This document shows, in pieces, positions 47,147 to 62,286 of a DNA stretch of 64,000 nucleotides (positions are counted from its first letter, which is position 1; each line of letters opens with the position of its first letter). Source of the DNA: Eukaryota sp. GEM-RC1 (Eukaryota); assembly GCA_040285855.1 (NCBI GenBank), contig JAUFOQ010000013.1:992001-1056000 (forward strand). The letters run 5' to 3'. The notes beneath the pieces are model-generated. The model had not been told where the DNA came from, did not search any database, and worked only from the letters and a program-made list of their open reading frames with translations. The translations under genes and the position numbers were made by a program.

Positions 47147-50100
47147 ATGAGTAACGCTTCCAACTCAACCACAGGCTTGGCTGCGGATGACGTTACGACA
47201 CGAAAGTCGTGGATAAAAACCTCCCTTTCAGGGGTTTCTTTTCTATACCGTGCATCAAAAACGCACTTCAATTTCTGGTCTTATGTATTGCTACTTGTTC
47301 AAACTATCCAAGTTCTTGGTTTTGTTCTCCGAGAGACCAGTTTTCACCCCATTTTTGATCTCCAATCTGTCCTGAAGTTTCTAAGTCTTCCAATTTACAG
47401 TTCCTGGTTCAATGCTTCACGGGCTGCGGTACTTTTCCCCTTATTTGCTTTCTTGTTGTTATTAACGGGTGCTTTTGTCGTTATTGTTATCTGGAACTCC
47501 TCCAATTCCCACATAAACACCGCGCTCACTATCTCTCTCCGTGTTGTTCTTGAAGTTGTCATCACTATTCTCTACATTCCCTTCATGTCCTTCTTCCTCT
47601 CTTTCATTCCATGTGGACGATCTTTTGAACCCACTGGTATCACTTTCACAGAAGGAGTCTCTACTAACTGCTTCTCCTCTATGTCTCTCTTCTACCGATC
47701 AGTTGGACTACTGGGCTCTGTGATGTTGTTCTGTCTTGCTCTTGCTTGGATCGTCTTCTATGATGACTCACCACTTTCTAAGAGAAGTTTTGCTCGATCT
47801 CATAACCGGTTCTACTTTTGGTATTTGATATCTTTTACTTGTCTTTTGGTGATATTCTTCATTTTCCATTCTAGATTCTGGCTCTTTAGAATTTCCTATT
47901 TGTTGGTCCCCCTCTTTCTCTCTTACAAACTCTACTTCTACTTACCTTTCTACAAAAGAGCGGCAAACTCTCTACAAATGTTGTTGATGGGTATTTGGAT
48001 TGGCACTGCTATTGGATTTATGATCAACTCTCTAATTAATAATCCTTCTAATGAAAAGGTATTTAATTTAATATTATATTTTCCTTTATTTGTCATTTTT
48101 GGCGGGGTTTGGTATGTTATCATGAAGAGACGAATTTTTAAAATCTATACCACTGTATATTCCATTAATGAAGAATTAATTGAAAAAGGTTTAATTGTTG
48201 ATGGTGCTCCGGGCGATGAACTTGATGGTTATGATTTCTCTCAACATTTTGCGAAACTTCCCCAGAGTTTTTACTATTTTGACCTACTATCACGTGCTCT
48301 CCAACCTAAACCTTTGAAAAGTGAGCTTCTTCTAACAGTTAAAGCACTTTATTCCTTTGGAGAACGATTGTTTCCTGAAGATGTCATGTTTCTATGTTTA
48401 AAGTTTTTGTTTGAAATTAACCTGGTTCGAGACCCAATTGCTGCTACAGTTACTCTTAGTACTATTAAAACACTTGACGCTGACTTCAAACCAGACGAAT
48501 CTCTTATGATTTCACGAGGAATTCAACAACTTGAAGCCCTCAGAAGACAACAATCAACTGGTCATGACGTCGACACTTCCTCTTTCCTTCATTTTCAACG
48601 GCAACAACGTCATTTAACTAATCTTCATCGAGATTGTCTTGATGGATTATACGCTTTTGGACTGTACTTACCAAGCCTAAAGTTGACCTATCATTGCTAC
48701 CTTCAATTCTTGCAAAAGTTCACAAGAGTAAACATTCCATTGTTTTAAATTTCACTAAATTACTTCATCAACATGGAGATCAACAATCACTACTTGTTTC
48801 TTATGCTTCTTTTGTTAGAGAAGTTGAATGTGATGAAGAACGTGCTGCTGTACTAGAAGAACAAGCTCAGTTGCTTTCTTCTAGTGACAAGAGTTCAAGT
48901 CAAGGAGCAAGTTCTTACTCAGGATCTGTTACTTTTTCTAAACCTGGAAAGAAAGAAAAAAAGAAGAAGTTTGAAGTTTAATGTGGATTCAATGGCGACA
49001 GCAACTACTCAAGATTCTCAAAAAGTGCTATTTCGGTCCTTAAATTCTCAGTTATTGTTGCTTTAATAATTATGGTAATAATTGCAGCCGCTTCTTATTT
49101 TCTTTCTGCTAATGTTTTGTCTTCTGCTTCACATAGAATTGATCAATTGTACGAACTTACACATGTTCAATCAGTTTCTGAGTTACTTGGATTGACTGCA
49201 GGCCGGGTTTTTTTAAATTTAAATGAACAAAACACTCATAATTTTGCCAATATTTTACTGAAGGAATCTGAACATTTAGCTTTTCATTTGAGAAGACTAA
49301 CTTTATTAGATCCTTTTGATGACGATTACAACGTGCTTCCTTGTCCAAGAACAAACGGCAGATCAATTGAACCTCCTTCTAGTGAATTACAAACAGAAAT
49401 GAGAACTTTACGATTTCCTTTAGTTTTTATTTATAACTTTATTCCTCCTGTTGAAGAGGCTAGAGTTCTATCTGCTTGGACCATTGGACTTGCACAGGCT
49501 TTGGATAGTAGCAGAGCAGGCAAATCTCTTGATTCTGGGAATATTTTAAATTTTCAAAATTTGGCCAGTATTCGAGGAAGTTTGAATGGTTTTTCTAATG
49601 CAATTGATTTTATTTATAATTGGTTAGTATCTGGTTCTGATGAATTTTTCAGTATATCGTTCTTCGTCCAAATTTTGATGAATGTTTTAATTTTACTTGT
49701 CACTTTAATTATTGGATATGTTCTATTTGCCAGATCATTTTCTAAAATTGTCGATGAACGCACAGCCATTTTAAATTTATTTTTGTATATCCCCCAAAAA
49801 GAAATTCAAAGCTTGCTACAAGACCAAAAATTCGATTATATGAGAAAAAAGAAGAAAGTTAAATCCAAGTCAAGTCTTTCCATGACTGCAGTATCTGATG
49901 ACGATTCTGATTTTGATGAGTTGTCTAGGTCTAATTCTTTTGTAGTGGAGAAAGATGTTTTATTTGATGTACAAGAGCCCGACCCTTCTGAAACCAAAAT
50001 AGAAGCACATGTTCCACTTCCAATTTTTGTTAATATTTCAATAATTTGTTTAACTATTCTTGGTTTAATTGTTGGAGGATTTTCAATATATTTTCTGTAT

Positions 50101-52393
50101 GATGTTATAGAGGATAACAACGAGGTTAATTCTTTTCTTCGTCTAGCATTTGACGCAAGAAACACTGCTGCTGACGTTTCACTGATTGACCGTGACGTGT
50201 CAGCTGCTATGCAGTTATTTACTGCATTTGGTGACGATCAATTTTTACTAAATTATTTTGATTTAATTTATTCTGGGAGAAGACAGCGAGCTCTAACAGA
50301 TCTACTTTCCCTTGATTTAACTGAAGATCAATTATTGTCCATTTCTCAAGTTGGAACTTATGCTAATCTATTTAGAAGACTAGAGTTTGTCTCGGGAACA
50401 TTAATTTGCTCTATTTTTGATGTTGATGAGTCTCTTTGTTCGAGATTTAATGATTTTAATTATAACTCTCAATTAGAAACTAACTATTTCAGAGACAAGT
50501 TAGCTCATGACGATGTTGTTTGGTATTCTACTTTAGAAGAAGATCTGGAGAAATCAGTGGATGATCGTTTGAATATTGCTAGAAATTCTTTATTTAATTC
50601 TCGCTGGTTAACTTCGTTTATGTCTCTTCTGTATACTGTTGAAGGTACAGGTATTACCGTGATTAGTTCTCTTTTGATTTAATTAATGACATGTTTATTG
50701 AAGTTGATTCGGACTTTAATATTATTTGGTTAACTGCATTAGTGACCTCTGTTGTGATTTTAATTTTGTTTGTTGTTTCTTTTTTAAATCGTAAAAGTTT
50801 AAGAGTTGGTGGATTTCTGGTTTATGTATTTGCTGTGTTGTTTATTGTCAACATTACCACCGCTGTGTATTTCTCTATCTCAGCTGAATCTGTCTTTACT
50901 GACGACACTTCTCCTCTAGTTTTACAATCTCGAGCTATTTTTGCTTCAGTAGTGGATCTTGAGTGGCAATTCAATTTTGTTAGAAGACGTATTGATCTTT
51001 TAACTTTTGATGACGTTTTTGTCCATTTTGCTCTAGCTCAAAATGCTTATCAAATTTTACTTCAACATATTGTTTCACTACGGTCTGGTGAGTTGGTCTC
51101 TCATCCTGCTTTTGATGACGTTATTGATTCCATTAGCCATCAATTAGATTTGATGGATGAAAGTGTTTCAGATTATGTTGACAGAGTTCGTATAATTTCT
51201 AAATTGGCCACGTATCACCTTCCTGAATATCAATTGTCAACTTTAGTTAATATTACTTGGGATATTGACCATTTACCCTTAAGTGAACGGAATACTTGGA
51301 ATTTGCCTCATGGTTATAGTGTTAGTAATTCAGAAACAGATTTAGAAAACGATGTTGAATATTTAAAAAATGTTTCTAGGGCTATTCTGACTTCCAAATA
51401 TTTTTATTCTTTAACTAGAGATTTAGTTGAATCTTTTGCTGACATTCGTCGTTCTACTACTTATACTTTAATTGAAACAGTTGATGAATTCAATGACCAA
51501 TTCACTTTTGAATTGCAAATTACTGTGTATTTAGTCATTGCTTTACTTATATCTTCAGTAATATTCTGTTTCTATATTATATTCTCTGGACTTAAAGAAA
51601 GGGAAAAAGCGCCACATATCAAACAAAAGATTTCTTTCCCTGCTATGGTTAATTATTCGAAACAGTATATCTTGTCACTTTCAGTTTTATTTATTCTTTT
51701 GTCAATGTTTTATCTTGGTTCACTTATTGGTTTTACCCAGCTCAGACCTTTACCTAGATTAATTCAAGATTATGGTCAAAGATCTGCTTTAATTACAAGA
51801 ACTACCAATGATATTGTTTCTGCATTTATTGAACCTGAACAGCAGTTGTATTATTTAAATAATGCCCAAGTTTCTTATTCTAGTCTTTTAAGACTCCATC
51901 ATTCTTTAGTAGTTAATCATGTTGATGGTGATTCTGAACAGACTAAATTGCTTTTGATAGTAAACTTGATGATAATTCTAGATCTTTCAACAATTTAGAA
52001 GATAATCATGGTCTTCATAATCTTTTAATTAACTTTGTTAATTCTGCTGAGTTGTTATCTATTCAAGATACTTCTCTAGATTATTCAATTTCTAGTCCAG
52101 ATTTGGCCAATCTTTTAGTTGATTATGATACTCTTTCTGAAATGTCTTTAGAGTCTATTGACAACCTTCACAATTACTCAATTAGTAGAGTTTCTTTCTT
52201 TTCAACTTATGTTTTGATCATCTTCATCGCTTTTATTGTAGTTATTTCTATTTCCTACATTTTTGTTTTTCGGAAAATGTTAAAGGATTTACAAGAAGAA
52301 GAATTAATGACTTTAGAGTTTTTAGAAATGATTCCTGAAGATATTCTTTCTCAGGTGGCTGTAATTCGACATTTCTTTGCCACAAAAACTTAA
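47147..52393 (+). CDS. TmcB/TmcC-like multi-pass membrane protein (~1750 aa), copy 1, five homopolymer frameshifts
   Basis: N-terminal multi-TM region with LPFY, a helical region with LLVSYASFVREV, and repeated TM-loop-TM modules ending LFLYIP / FLEMIP; no cyclase or PAS domain recognised. Confidence 0.72.
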
Positions 52394-53668
52394 TTGATTC
52401 TATTTATTTTAGTATGTATTTTATTGGTGCTTATCGTTCCTTCTTATTTAAATCTTGTAAGTCGTACTTTTTTCATACATTTTAAAAAAACATCATGAAT
52501 ACATTCACCATGCACTGTTTCTAATTATCAAGTTGATTTATCGTCAGTTCAAAATTCATGTCAGTTAATCTATTACTAGTAAAAACTAAGTTTGTGCACT
52601 GAGACAAACCCACAACAAAGTACTAAATCAAAATGAAGACTGTGAAAAGAAACTTTCCAATTACGACAAGTAGCTGTCACCAAGCAACTTGTCCAAAATA
52701 GAATCAACACCCATTCATCGTTAGAGCGAAAAACTATCTACTCTTCCAGTACGACTTGTTCAACTTCTTGCCAAATTCTGAAAACACAATTGCTCAAACA
52801 ACTTTAGGAACTGATAGTACAAGAATCACAATTTGCATGTAAAGATAACTCAAAAGTTGAAAGACAATCTTCATGAAATTAAAGCAGCAATTAATTGTCA
52901 GTGCTTTGAGACTTTAGCGTTCTCAGCGTCTTTCAGCAGATATTTAAAGTATTCAAGAAATTGTCCATAGTTGAAGATTTACAACGGTCAACAGTCGTAA
53001 TTAAAAAACAAGAGTCAATATAATCACCACGAGTAGAATAAGGTGATCGGACAGATGAGAAAGTAGAGGATCAACTTTGCCACAGAATCCGTTCTTGAAC
53101 ATTTCCAACCGTGTTTCTCAAAGACTGTTGTTGTCAAAATTGAACGACATTATATGAACTTTGGACAATTCACAACGTGGTGAAGCTAGTATGATGTGCG
53201 TTTTTGCAGATGCACATACTTACTGTTCTGAAATAAACCAAGACTCTGGGTAAATGCACCACATATTCTATTCATTATCTAAATAATAATGAAATTTGAT
53301 ATTTTTGGCGCAACAACTACTAGTATGATTGTGAGTTGTTCCTGTTGGAATGGCTTCTTGACTGAATTATTACGATTTTCATGTTTAGTTGAAAAAACAT
53401 TAGAGGTCTGAAACAGGTGGCTCGTGCTCTGAGTGGTTCAAGGAAAGTGAGTAGTCATTGCAAAATTGAAAAGACTTTTTCCAAAAAGTTCATGGTCTAA
53501 ATCCATTGTTTGCGTTTCTTACAAAAACTCGGTTCTAATTTGTTTGACGGTACACAGATCACCAAACAGTAAATTGATGAATTAGTTTCGCTCAATTATA
53601 AAACGTTTTATCTGTCATTATTTAATGAAGATAGTATACTAGTACTCTCAGTAATTGAAACAGAAACA

Positions 53669-53711
53669 CATCTTGGTGTTGGTTCACATCATGTGAACCA
53701 ACACCAAGGTG
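53669..53711. repeat. Perfect palindrome/hairpin
   Basis: CTTGGTGTTGGTTCACAT-C-ATGTGAACCAACACCAAG: 18-bp arms, extendable to 21 with one G-T pair. Confidence 0.9.
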
Positions 53712-54259
53712 AACCAATTTCACTAATGTTTAAGACTGATTTGCAGTTTTCAGTCAATAGTGTTGTAGAAGATGTGTGTTATCTATCTGCATCAATTCAC
53801 TACACTCTGTTGATTACTCGTCATTTTTTTTGAATGAAGGAAATCGTGTGTAGGGGAGATGCTTCTTGTGACTTTACTGGAGATTTTTCCAAAATACGCA
53901 TCAGTGCAGTAATTTATAGTTCTACTGCGTTTGATATCGTCCAAGTTATAGTATCAACTAATAGGATCATGAACGCCATACTTATATTACTATGGGGCAC
54001 TTTGGTGTTTGGGGGTTGTTCTAGATAATCCCATACCAAAGTGCATAAATTAACAAAGTTAAATCTCTACTATTTACAAGAAGTAATGTCTTGTACAAAG
54101 TGACGTGAATAGCTGGTGAATGTATGGATTGATATTCACAATATTTAACAGAATACACTCTATTCAATAAAGATACGAAAAAGACATGAAACAAAATTAA
54201 ATCTGAATTGTTTCTCCCGTTGTGTGTGGTTAAACTTCATAATTTACTTTTGAATGCAT

Positions 54260-55110
54260 TTGAAAACCTAGATGTCGAAAATCGTTTTAGTGTTACTAAA
54301 ACTATTATTCCCGTCTTGGCTGCTTTCCTAAATGATTTTAAGAATTCTTGTTTGATCTTTCTACACCCATGACTTTTTGGTTTGCATTTGTCTGCTGAGG
54401 CTTGGAAATTAAATATGCGCTTACGTTTGGGTATGTTTCCTGTTGAATTGCTCGACTATTCTGAATGTCTATGTAGCCATCTTCGTGATGCAACATTTAC
54501 CCATGTAATTAATGACTCCAAATTTATTTAATTTCGTTATGATCTTCATAATGCTGTCAGAGATGTTATATTTGAAAAGTTTAGTGCTCTTAAAATTTCA
54601 TACTAAAGTAGAACCTTTGTATACTAATCTGGGTCTTGATTTAATTAGTAATTCTCGTCAGCTGACTTACACGGTCTTTTTATGGATTCCAGTCAAATTG
54701 TCCTTGATGTTATGTTGCAGTATTTGGTCCACGAGCTCACATTGATATTAACTGTTTATCTTCAAAAGGTTTCAACCACTGAGCAACAGCCGAAAAACGT
54801 AAAATTGATTCTGTTCCACAGATGTTGCTAAACTCAATCAAAATTTATATTCAAAATTTGGCTTTGCTCCATTTGCTGTTTCTATTTTCGGTAGTATTGG
54901 TGAAATGGCTTCTCAGTTTTGAACTGTTTGTGGATCTATGTGTATGTCTCAGAATATGAAATTTAACTTATCAATTTAACATAACCGTTTGATTTTTTCT
55001 CTGTTCTGTTCGATGCCTAAGTTTACTACATCAATTATCAAGAAGTTGTATAAGAACTGTGGTATTGTTGACCAGGAATATTCTGTGTCTAGTGTTTCAT
55101 ATCTTTTATT
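54260..55110 (+). pseudogene. Decayed RLE non-LTR retrotransposon fragment
   Basis: AAFLND...FGLHLSAEAWKLNMRLRLGMFP...CLC, HNAVRD, KVEPL, FAPFAVSIFGSIG parallel the ORF at 12325-13506; many stops and indels. Confidence 0.85.
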
Positions 55111-56544
55111 ATGATATGCATATGTGTTTTTGTCCCCTTCATCTATAAACAGTTTTTTTAATAATTTCCAATTTGGTTACTGTAGCTGCTGTTTGATTAT
55201 CTTCTTTTGTGTGGCTCTGGCAATGGCTTAACCATGGGTCTTTTTCTTCATTATAATTAAAAATAGCCGGAGCAACTGTTCAAGAAGTGGAATGTTAGGG
55301 TGATAGCAAAGTCTTTCTTTCTCCAGTCCATAGGAAACTGCTATAACCCCCATCATAACCAATTAGAATCATTGGATCTATCATTTCAACCTGTACTCAT
55401 TGTTAATAAGATAGGATTTAGCTTTGACTAATTAAATATAATACTTGTCATGTGGAGTTGATGGATTTCTAGAACTTTACTTTTAAAAATTGAAATGTTG
55501 AACAAGTGCTGTAAGAAACAGTTCTGTCATCTTTTGGAATAGATGATGTACTGTATTAGTTGGGGTACCAACCCTTTTATACCTCTGCTAGTGATCAATT
55601 CTTCCAGGATTTTGAGGAACTGTGTAAAGTTTAGAAACGTAAGTTTAGAATGTCAGAGGAAAAATCGAATTGTGTTTTCAATTTATCGGAATATGCCTTT
55701 CTATTTCTTTCGATTAGTTGAGAAGCTTTACAAGTGTTGTGTGAAGGTTATCGTTCAAAAACGTAATGCTTTACCAAAGAATGATGAAGTCGTATTGAAT
55801 TATTTCTTATACTGTTTGTTAGTTTTATTAATTCATATTGGTTTAGGAGGGTTATCTTTTGGGTACTGATTATTGTTCGTCTTCCTATTTCTTTTTGTAA
55901 AGCTGAGTACTGCAAAATGAATGTAAATGTTTCAGTCCAAACTACAGTTGGTAATGCAATTGTCACTATATTAAATTCAATTAATTAATTGATTGATCAC
56001 AATGGTGTTCACCACATGTGATATACAGTAGAACGACTAATAAAATCCTTTACAATACTTGGATTTGGATTTGGTCTTACGAGTACAGTCTTTGGTTTAT
56101 GTCCACCACTTGGATTGGACATAAACCGTGAGACTGTAGTTTTCGGTTTTTGTTTTTGTAAGTTCAAATTTTTGTTGCAATGATGCCATTTAATAGCCAA
56201 ATACAGTAAAGCTGCTAGACAACACAACGAATTGAATTACAATGTCAGTGTACTTCACAACTGCTTTGTACTTCTATTTCTATCCTCCACATGTATTGTT
56301 CCGTGTTTTATTTCTGTTCTTAGAATGTCACAAAAAATGTAAAAAGTTACTTAATTCACGACATTTGACCTGTAATCTTTAACTGTTATTTTTTGTATCT
56401 TAATTATAGATTTTGATCAACTAAGAGAAACAATGCAAATATACTCTGAAGTAAGAGTTGAATATATGAGTGAAGAATATAGTATAAACGTACAGATTTA
56501 AATTAAGATATGGATATACAGAAATAAATACTAACTAAAAATAT

Positions 56545-59500
56545 CTAAGTTTTTGTGGCAAAGAAATGTCGAATTACAGCCACCTGAGAAAGAATATCTT
56601 CAGGAATCATTTCTAAAAACTCTAAAGTCATTAATTCCTCTTCTTGTAAATCCTTTAACATTTTCCGAAAAACAAAAATGTAGGAAATAGAAATAACTAC
56701 AATAAAAGCGATGAAGATGATCAAAACATAAGTTGAAAAGAAAGAAACTCTACTAATTGAGTAATTGTGAAGGTTGTCAATAGACTCTAAAGACATTTCA
56801 GAAAGAGTATCATAATCAACTAAAAGATTGGCCAAATCTGGACTAGAATCTGAATAATCTAGAGAAATATCTTGAATAGTAAACAACTCAGCCGAATTAA
56901 CAAAGTTAATTAAAAGATTATGAAGCCCATGATGATCTTGTAAATTGTTGAAAGATTTAGAACTATCATCAAGTTTACTATCAAAAAGTAATTTAGTCTG
57001 TTCAGAATCACCATCAACATGATTAACTACTAAAGAATGATGGAGTCTTAAAAGACTAGAATAAGAAACTTGGGCATTATTAAAATAATACAATTGTTGT
57101 TCAGGTTCAATAAATGCAGAAACAACATCATTGGTAGTTCTTGTAATTAAAGCAGATCTTTGACCATAATCTTGAATCAATCTAGGTAAAGGTCTGAGTT
57201 GAGTAAAACCAATAAGTGAACCAAGATAAAACATTGATAAAAGAGTAAATAAAACTGAAAGTGACAAGATATACTGTTTCGTATAATTAACCATCGCAGG
57301 GAAAGAAATCTTTTGTTTGATATGTGAAGCTTTTGGCTTTTCCTTAAGTCCAGATAAAATAATAAAGAAACAAAAGACCACAAGAGTAATAAGTAAAGCA
57401 ATGACGAAATACACAGCGACATCCATATTAAAAGTGAATTGGTCATTGAATTCATCAACAGTTTCCATTAAAGTATAAGTAGTAGAACGACGAATGTCTG
57501 CAAAAGATTCAACTAAATCTCTAGTTAAAGAATAAAAATATTTGGAAGTCATAATTGCCCTAGAAACATTTTTTAAATATTCAACATCGTTTTCTAAATC
57601 TGCTTCTGAGTTACTAAGACAATAACCATGAGGCAAATTCCAAGTATTCCGTTCATTTAATGGTAATTGGTCAATATCCCAAGTAATATTAACTAAAGTT
57701 GACAATTGATATTCAGGAAGGTGATACGTGGCCAATTTAGAAATAACTAAAACACGTCTCATATAGTCCATTAGTTGATCATCAATCAAATCTAATTGTT
57801 GACTGATTGAATCAACTGCCTCATCTAACGCAGGATGAGAAGTCAAATCTCCAGATTGAAATAATTCAACAAATCCAATCAAATTGTTGAAAGACTGTTC
57901 CCCAACAGCAAAATGATCAAAATTATCAGCAAAAAGCAACAAATCCATTCTTCTTCTTATACTATTAAAGTTCCACTCAATATCAACAACTCTACCAAAA
58001 ACAGCTCGAGATTCGACAACTAAAGGAGAAATGTCATCAACAAAGACAGATTCAGCTGAGACAGAGAAATAAACAGCGGAAGCAATGATGGTCATAAACA
58101 GAACAGCAAATACAAAAACCAAGAATCGTGCAAACCTTAAATTTTTACGATTTAAAAATGAAATAAAAACCATAATTAAAATAGTGGATGACGTCACTAC
58201 TGCAGTTAACCAGACAAGATTAAAGTCAGAAGCTACTTCAACGTAAACGTCGTTAATGTGATCAAAAGAGAAGTTACTATATTTGTAGCGGTTCCTTCAA
58301 GAGTGTTCAGAAGAGAAATAAAAACAGTAGTCCAGCGAGAATTATATAAAGAATTCCTAGCAATATTCAAACGATCGTCCATTGATTTTTCAAGGTCTTC
58401 TTCTAAAGTAGAATACCAAACAACATCGTCATGAGCTAACTTGTCTCTGAAATAGTTAGTTTCTAATTGAGAGTTATAATTAAAATCATTAAATCTCGAG
58501 CAAAGAGACTCGTCAACATCAAAAATAGAGCACATTAAAGTTCCAGAAACAAACTCTAGTCTTCTAAATAGATTAGCATAAGTTCCAACTTGAGAAATGG
58601 ATAATAATTGATCTTCAGTTAAATCAAGGGAAAGTAGATCTGTTAGAGCTCGCTGTCTTCTCCCAGAATAAATCAAATCAAAATAATTTAGTAAAAATTG
58701 ATCGTCACCAAATGCAGTAAATAACTGCATAGCAGCTGACACGTCACGGTCAATCAAAGTCACGTCAGCAGCGGTGTTTCTTGCATCCAGTGCTACATGG
58801 AAAAGGGATTCAACCTCAGTGTTATCTACATTAATATCGAACATGAAATATATTAGGATACCCCCAACAGTGAGACCAAGAATAGTTAAACAAATTATTG
58901 AAATATTAACGAAAATTGGAAGTGGAACATGGGCTTCTATTTTGGTGTCAGAAGGGTCAGTCTCTTGTACATCAAATAAAACATCTTTCTCCACTACAAA
59001 AGAATTAGACCTAGACAACTCATCAAAATCAGAATCGTCATCAGATACTGCAGTCATGGAAAGACTTGACTTGGATTTAACTTTCTTCTTTTTTCTCATA
59101 TAATTGAATTTTTGGTCTTGCAACAATCTTTGAATTTCTTTCTGAGGGATATACAAAAACAAATTTAAAATGGCTGTGCGTTCGTCAATAATTTTAGAAA
59201 ATGATCTGGCAAATAGAACATATCCAATAATTAAAGTGACAAGTAAAATTAAAACATTCATCAAAATTTGGACGAAGAACGATATACTGAAAAAGTCATC
59301 AGAACCAGATACTAACCAGTCATAAATAAAGTCAATTGCATTGGAAAAACCATTCAAACTGCCTCTAATGCTGGCCAAATTTTGAAAATTTAAATCATTT
59401 CCAGAGTCAAGAGATTTCCCAGCACTACTACTATCCAAAGCCTGTGTGAGTCCCAATGTCCAAGCAGAAAGAACTCTAGCTTCTTCAACAGGAGGAATAA

Positions 59501-61796
59501 AGTTATAAACAAAAACTAAAGGAAATCGTAAAGTTCTCATTTCTGTTTGTAATTCACTAGAAGGAGGTTCAATTGATCTGCCGTTTGTTCTTGGACAGGG
59601 AAGCACACTGTAATCATCATCAAAAGGATCTAATAAAGTTAGTCGTCTCAAATGAAAAGCTAAATGTTCAGATTCCTTCATTAAAATTTTGGCAAAATTA
59701 TGAGTGTTTTGTTCATTTAAATTTAAAAAAACACGGCCTGCAGTCAATCCAAGTAACTCAGAAACTGAATGGACATGTGTAAGTTCGTACAATTGATCAA
59801 TTCTATCAGACGCTGAAGACAAAACATTAGCGGAAAGAAAATAAGAAGCGGCAGCAATGATGACCATAATTATTAAAGCAACAATAACTGAGAATTTAAG
59901 GACCGAAATAGCACTTTTTTGAGAATCTTGAGTAGTTGCAGTAGCCATTGAATCCACATTAAACTTCAAACTTCTTCTTTTTTTCTTTCTTTCCGGGTTT
60001 AGAAAAAGTAACAGATCCTGAGTAAGAACTTGCTCCTTGACTTGAACTCTTGTCACTAGAAGAAAGCAATTGAGCTTGTTCTTCTAGTACAGCAGCACGT
60101 TCTTCATCACATTCAACTTCTCTAACAAAAGAAGCATAAGAAACAAGTAGTGATTGTTGATCTCCATGTTGATGAAGTAATTTAGTGAAATTTGATACAA
60201 TTGTTTGCTTACTCTTGTGAACTTTTGCAAGAATTGAAGGTAGCAATGATAGGTCAACTTTAGGCTTGGTAAGTACAGTCCAAAAAGCATACAATCCATC
60301 AAGACAATCACGATGAAGGTTAGTTAAATGACGTTGTTGCCGTTGAAAATGGAGGAAAGAGGATGTGTCGACGTCATGACCAGTTGATTGTTGTCTTCTG
60401 AGGGCTTCAAGCTGTTGAATTCCTCGTGAAATCATGAGAGATTCGTCTGGTTTGAAGTCAGCATCAAGTGTTTTAATAGTACTAAGAGTAACTGTAGCAG
60501 CAATTGGGTCTCGTACCAGGTTAATTTCAAACAAAAACTTTAAACATAGAAACATGACATCTTCAGAAAACAATCGTTCTCCAAAGGAATAAAGTGATTT
60601 AACTGTTAAAATGAGCTCACTTTTCAAAGGTTTAGGCTGGAGAGCACGTGATAGTAGGTCAAAATAGTAAAAACTCTGAGGAATTTTTAAAAAAAGTGGA
60701 GAGAAATCATAACCATCAAGTTCATCGCCCGGAGCACCATCAACAATTAAACCTTTTCAATTAATTCTTCATTAATTGAATATACGGTGGAGAAAATTTT
60801 AAAAATTCGTCTCTTCATGATAACATACCAAACCCCGCCAAAAATAACAAATAAAGGAAAATATAATATTAAATTAAATACCTTTTCATTAGAAGGATTA
60901 TTAATTAAAGAGTTGATGATAAATCCAATAGCAGTTCCAATCCAAATACCCAACAACGACATTTGTAGAGAGTTTGCCGCTCTTTTGTAGAAAGATAAGT
61001 AGAAGTAGAGTTTGTAAGAGAGAAAGAGGGGGACCAACAAATAGGAAACTCTAAAGAGCCAGAATCTAGAATGGAAAATGAAGAAAATCACCAAAAGATA
61101 AGTATAAGACATCAAATACCAAAAGTAGAACCGGTTATGAGATCGAGCAAAACTTCTCTTAGAAAGTGGTGAGTCATCATAGAAGACGATCCAAGCAAGA
61201 GCAAGACAGAACAACATCACAGCGCCCAGTAGTCCGACTGATCGGTAGAAGAGAGACATAGAGGAGAAGCAGTTAGTAGAGACTCCTTCTGTGAAAGTGA
61301 TACCAGTGGGATCGAAAGACCGTCCACATGGAATGAAGGAGAGGAAGAAGGACATGATCGGAATGTAGAGAATAGTGATGACCACTTCAAGAACAACACG
61401 GAGAGAGATTGTGAGCGCAGTGTTTATATGGGAATTGGAGGAGTTCCAATAGCAAACAGCAAAAAACAGAGCTACTAGAAGAATCAGAACAACGAACAGG
61501 GAGAGCAATAGAGCGGGACCTGCAGATCTTGATCCGGAGTTATAGAGTGGAAGAGAGAGGTACTTTAGAACAGGCTGGAGGTTAAATATTTCATGAAAGA
61601 TCGTCTCACGGAGAACAAAGCCTAATATTTGGATAAACTGGACGAACAATAGCAGATAGGACCAGAAATTGTGATGCAGCTTCACAGAGCGATACAAAAA
61701 TGATACCCCGGAAAGAGGAGACTGAATCCATGACTGCAGCCCCTTGGAATCTTCGTTTCCAAAACCTGTTGTCGTGGAATGAGATCCTTGACTCAT
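56545..61796 (-). CDS. TmcB/TmcC-like multi-pass membrane protein, copy 2 (inverted paralog), three homopolymer frameshifts
   Basis: Colinear with 47147-52393 over its whole length; identical C-terminus IRHFFATKT. Confidence 0.72.
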
Positions 61797-62286
61797 TAAA
61801 AGATGATGGGTAAATATATTTTGTTTCCAAGGCAATTTCCTCACATTGTGTTGATCCTCCTCAAGAGTCGATCACAGACAGGAATTGTCATTTGTGCGTT
61901 TTATGAGAGTTATGAAATAGTTGACACGAGTTGTTCACATGCAAACGTTATTGGTTACACTTCGATTATTGCTTAGTCTAATCCCATCTTCTGCTTATTT
62001 GCAGTACACTACTTGGGATCTGCTTAAAAAATGATATTACTGTTTTTTATATTGTGTCCGTATTTGGGTTTGATTAATAAAATCTGCATTGACGCAAAAC
62101 GATTTTCAGAACTGTCAACATTACATAGCAATATAATGTCCAATCCAATAATGCAATCTTCGTTTAGGCTGTAGTCTAATGCAATTACAATGTATTTCAC
62201 AGTATTGATCATAAACCCCGTTTTTTGATAAAATGAATAAACTAATTTAAAGTTCTAGCATAAAACGCAATATGCAGGTGAATAAG

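Noticed and set aside
47147..61796. Genome-wide programmed frameshifting (two breaks are shared by both paralogs, at ~48960 and ~50673)
   Set aside because: Other breaks are copy-specific single-base losses in T/A runs (T4 vs T5, A4 vs A5) that the paralog corrects. The shared ones are also in homopolymers, so systematic long-read error is simpler. Short reads would settle it.
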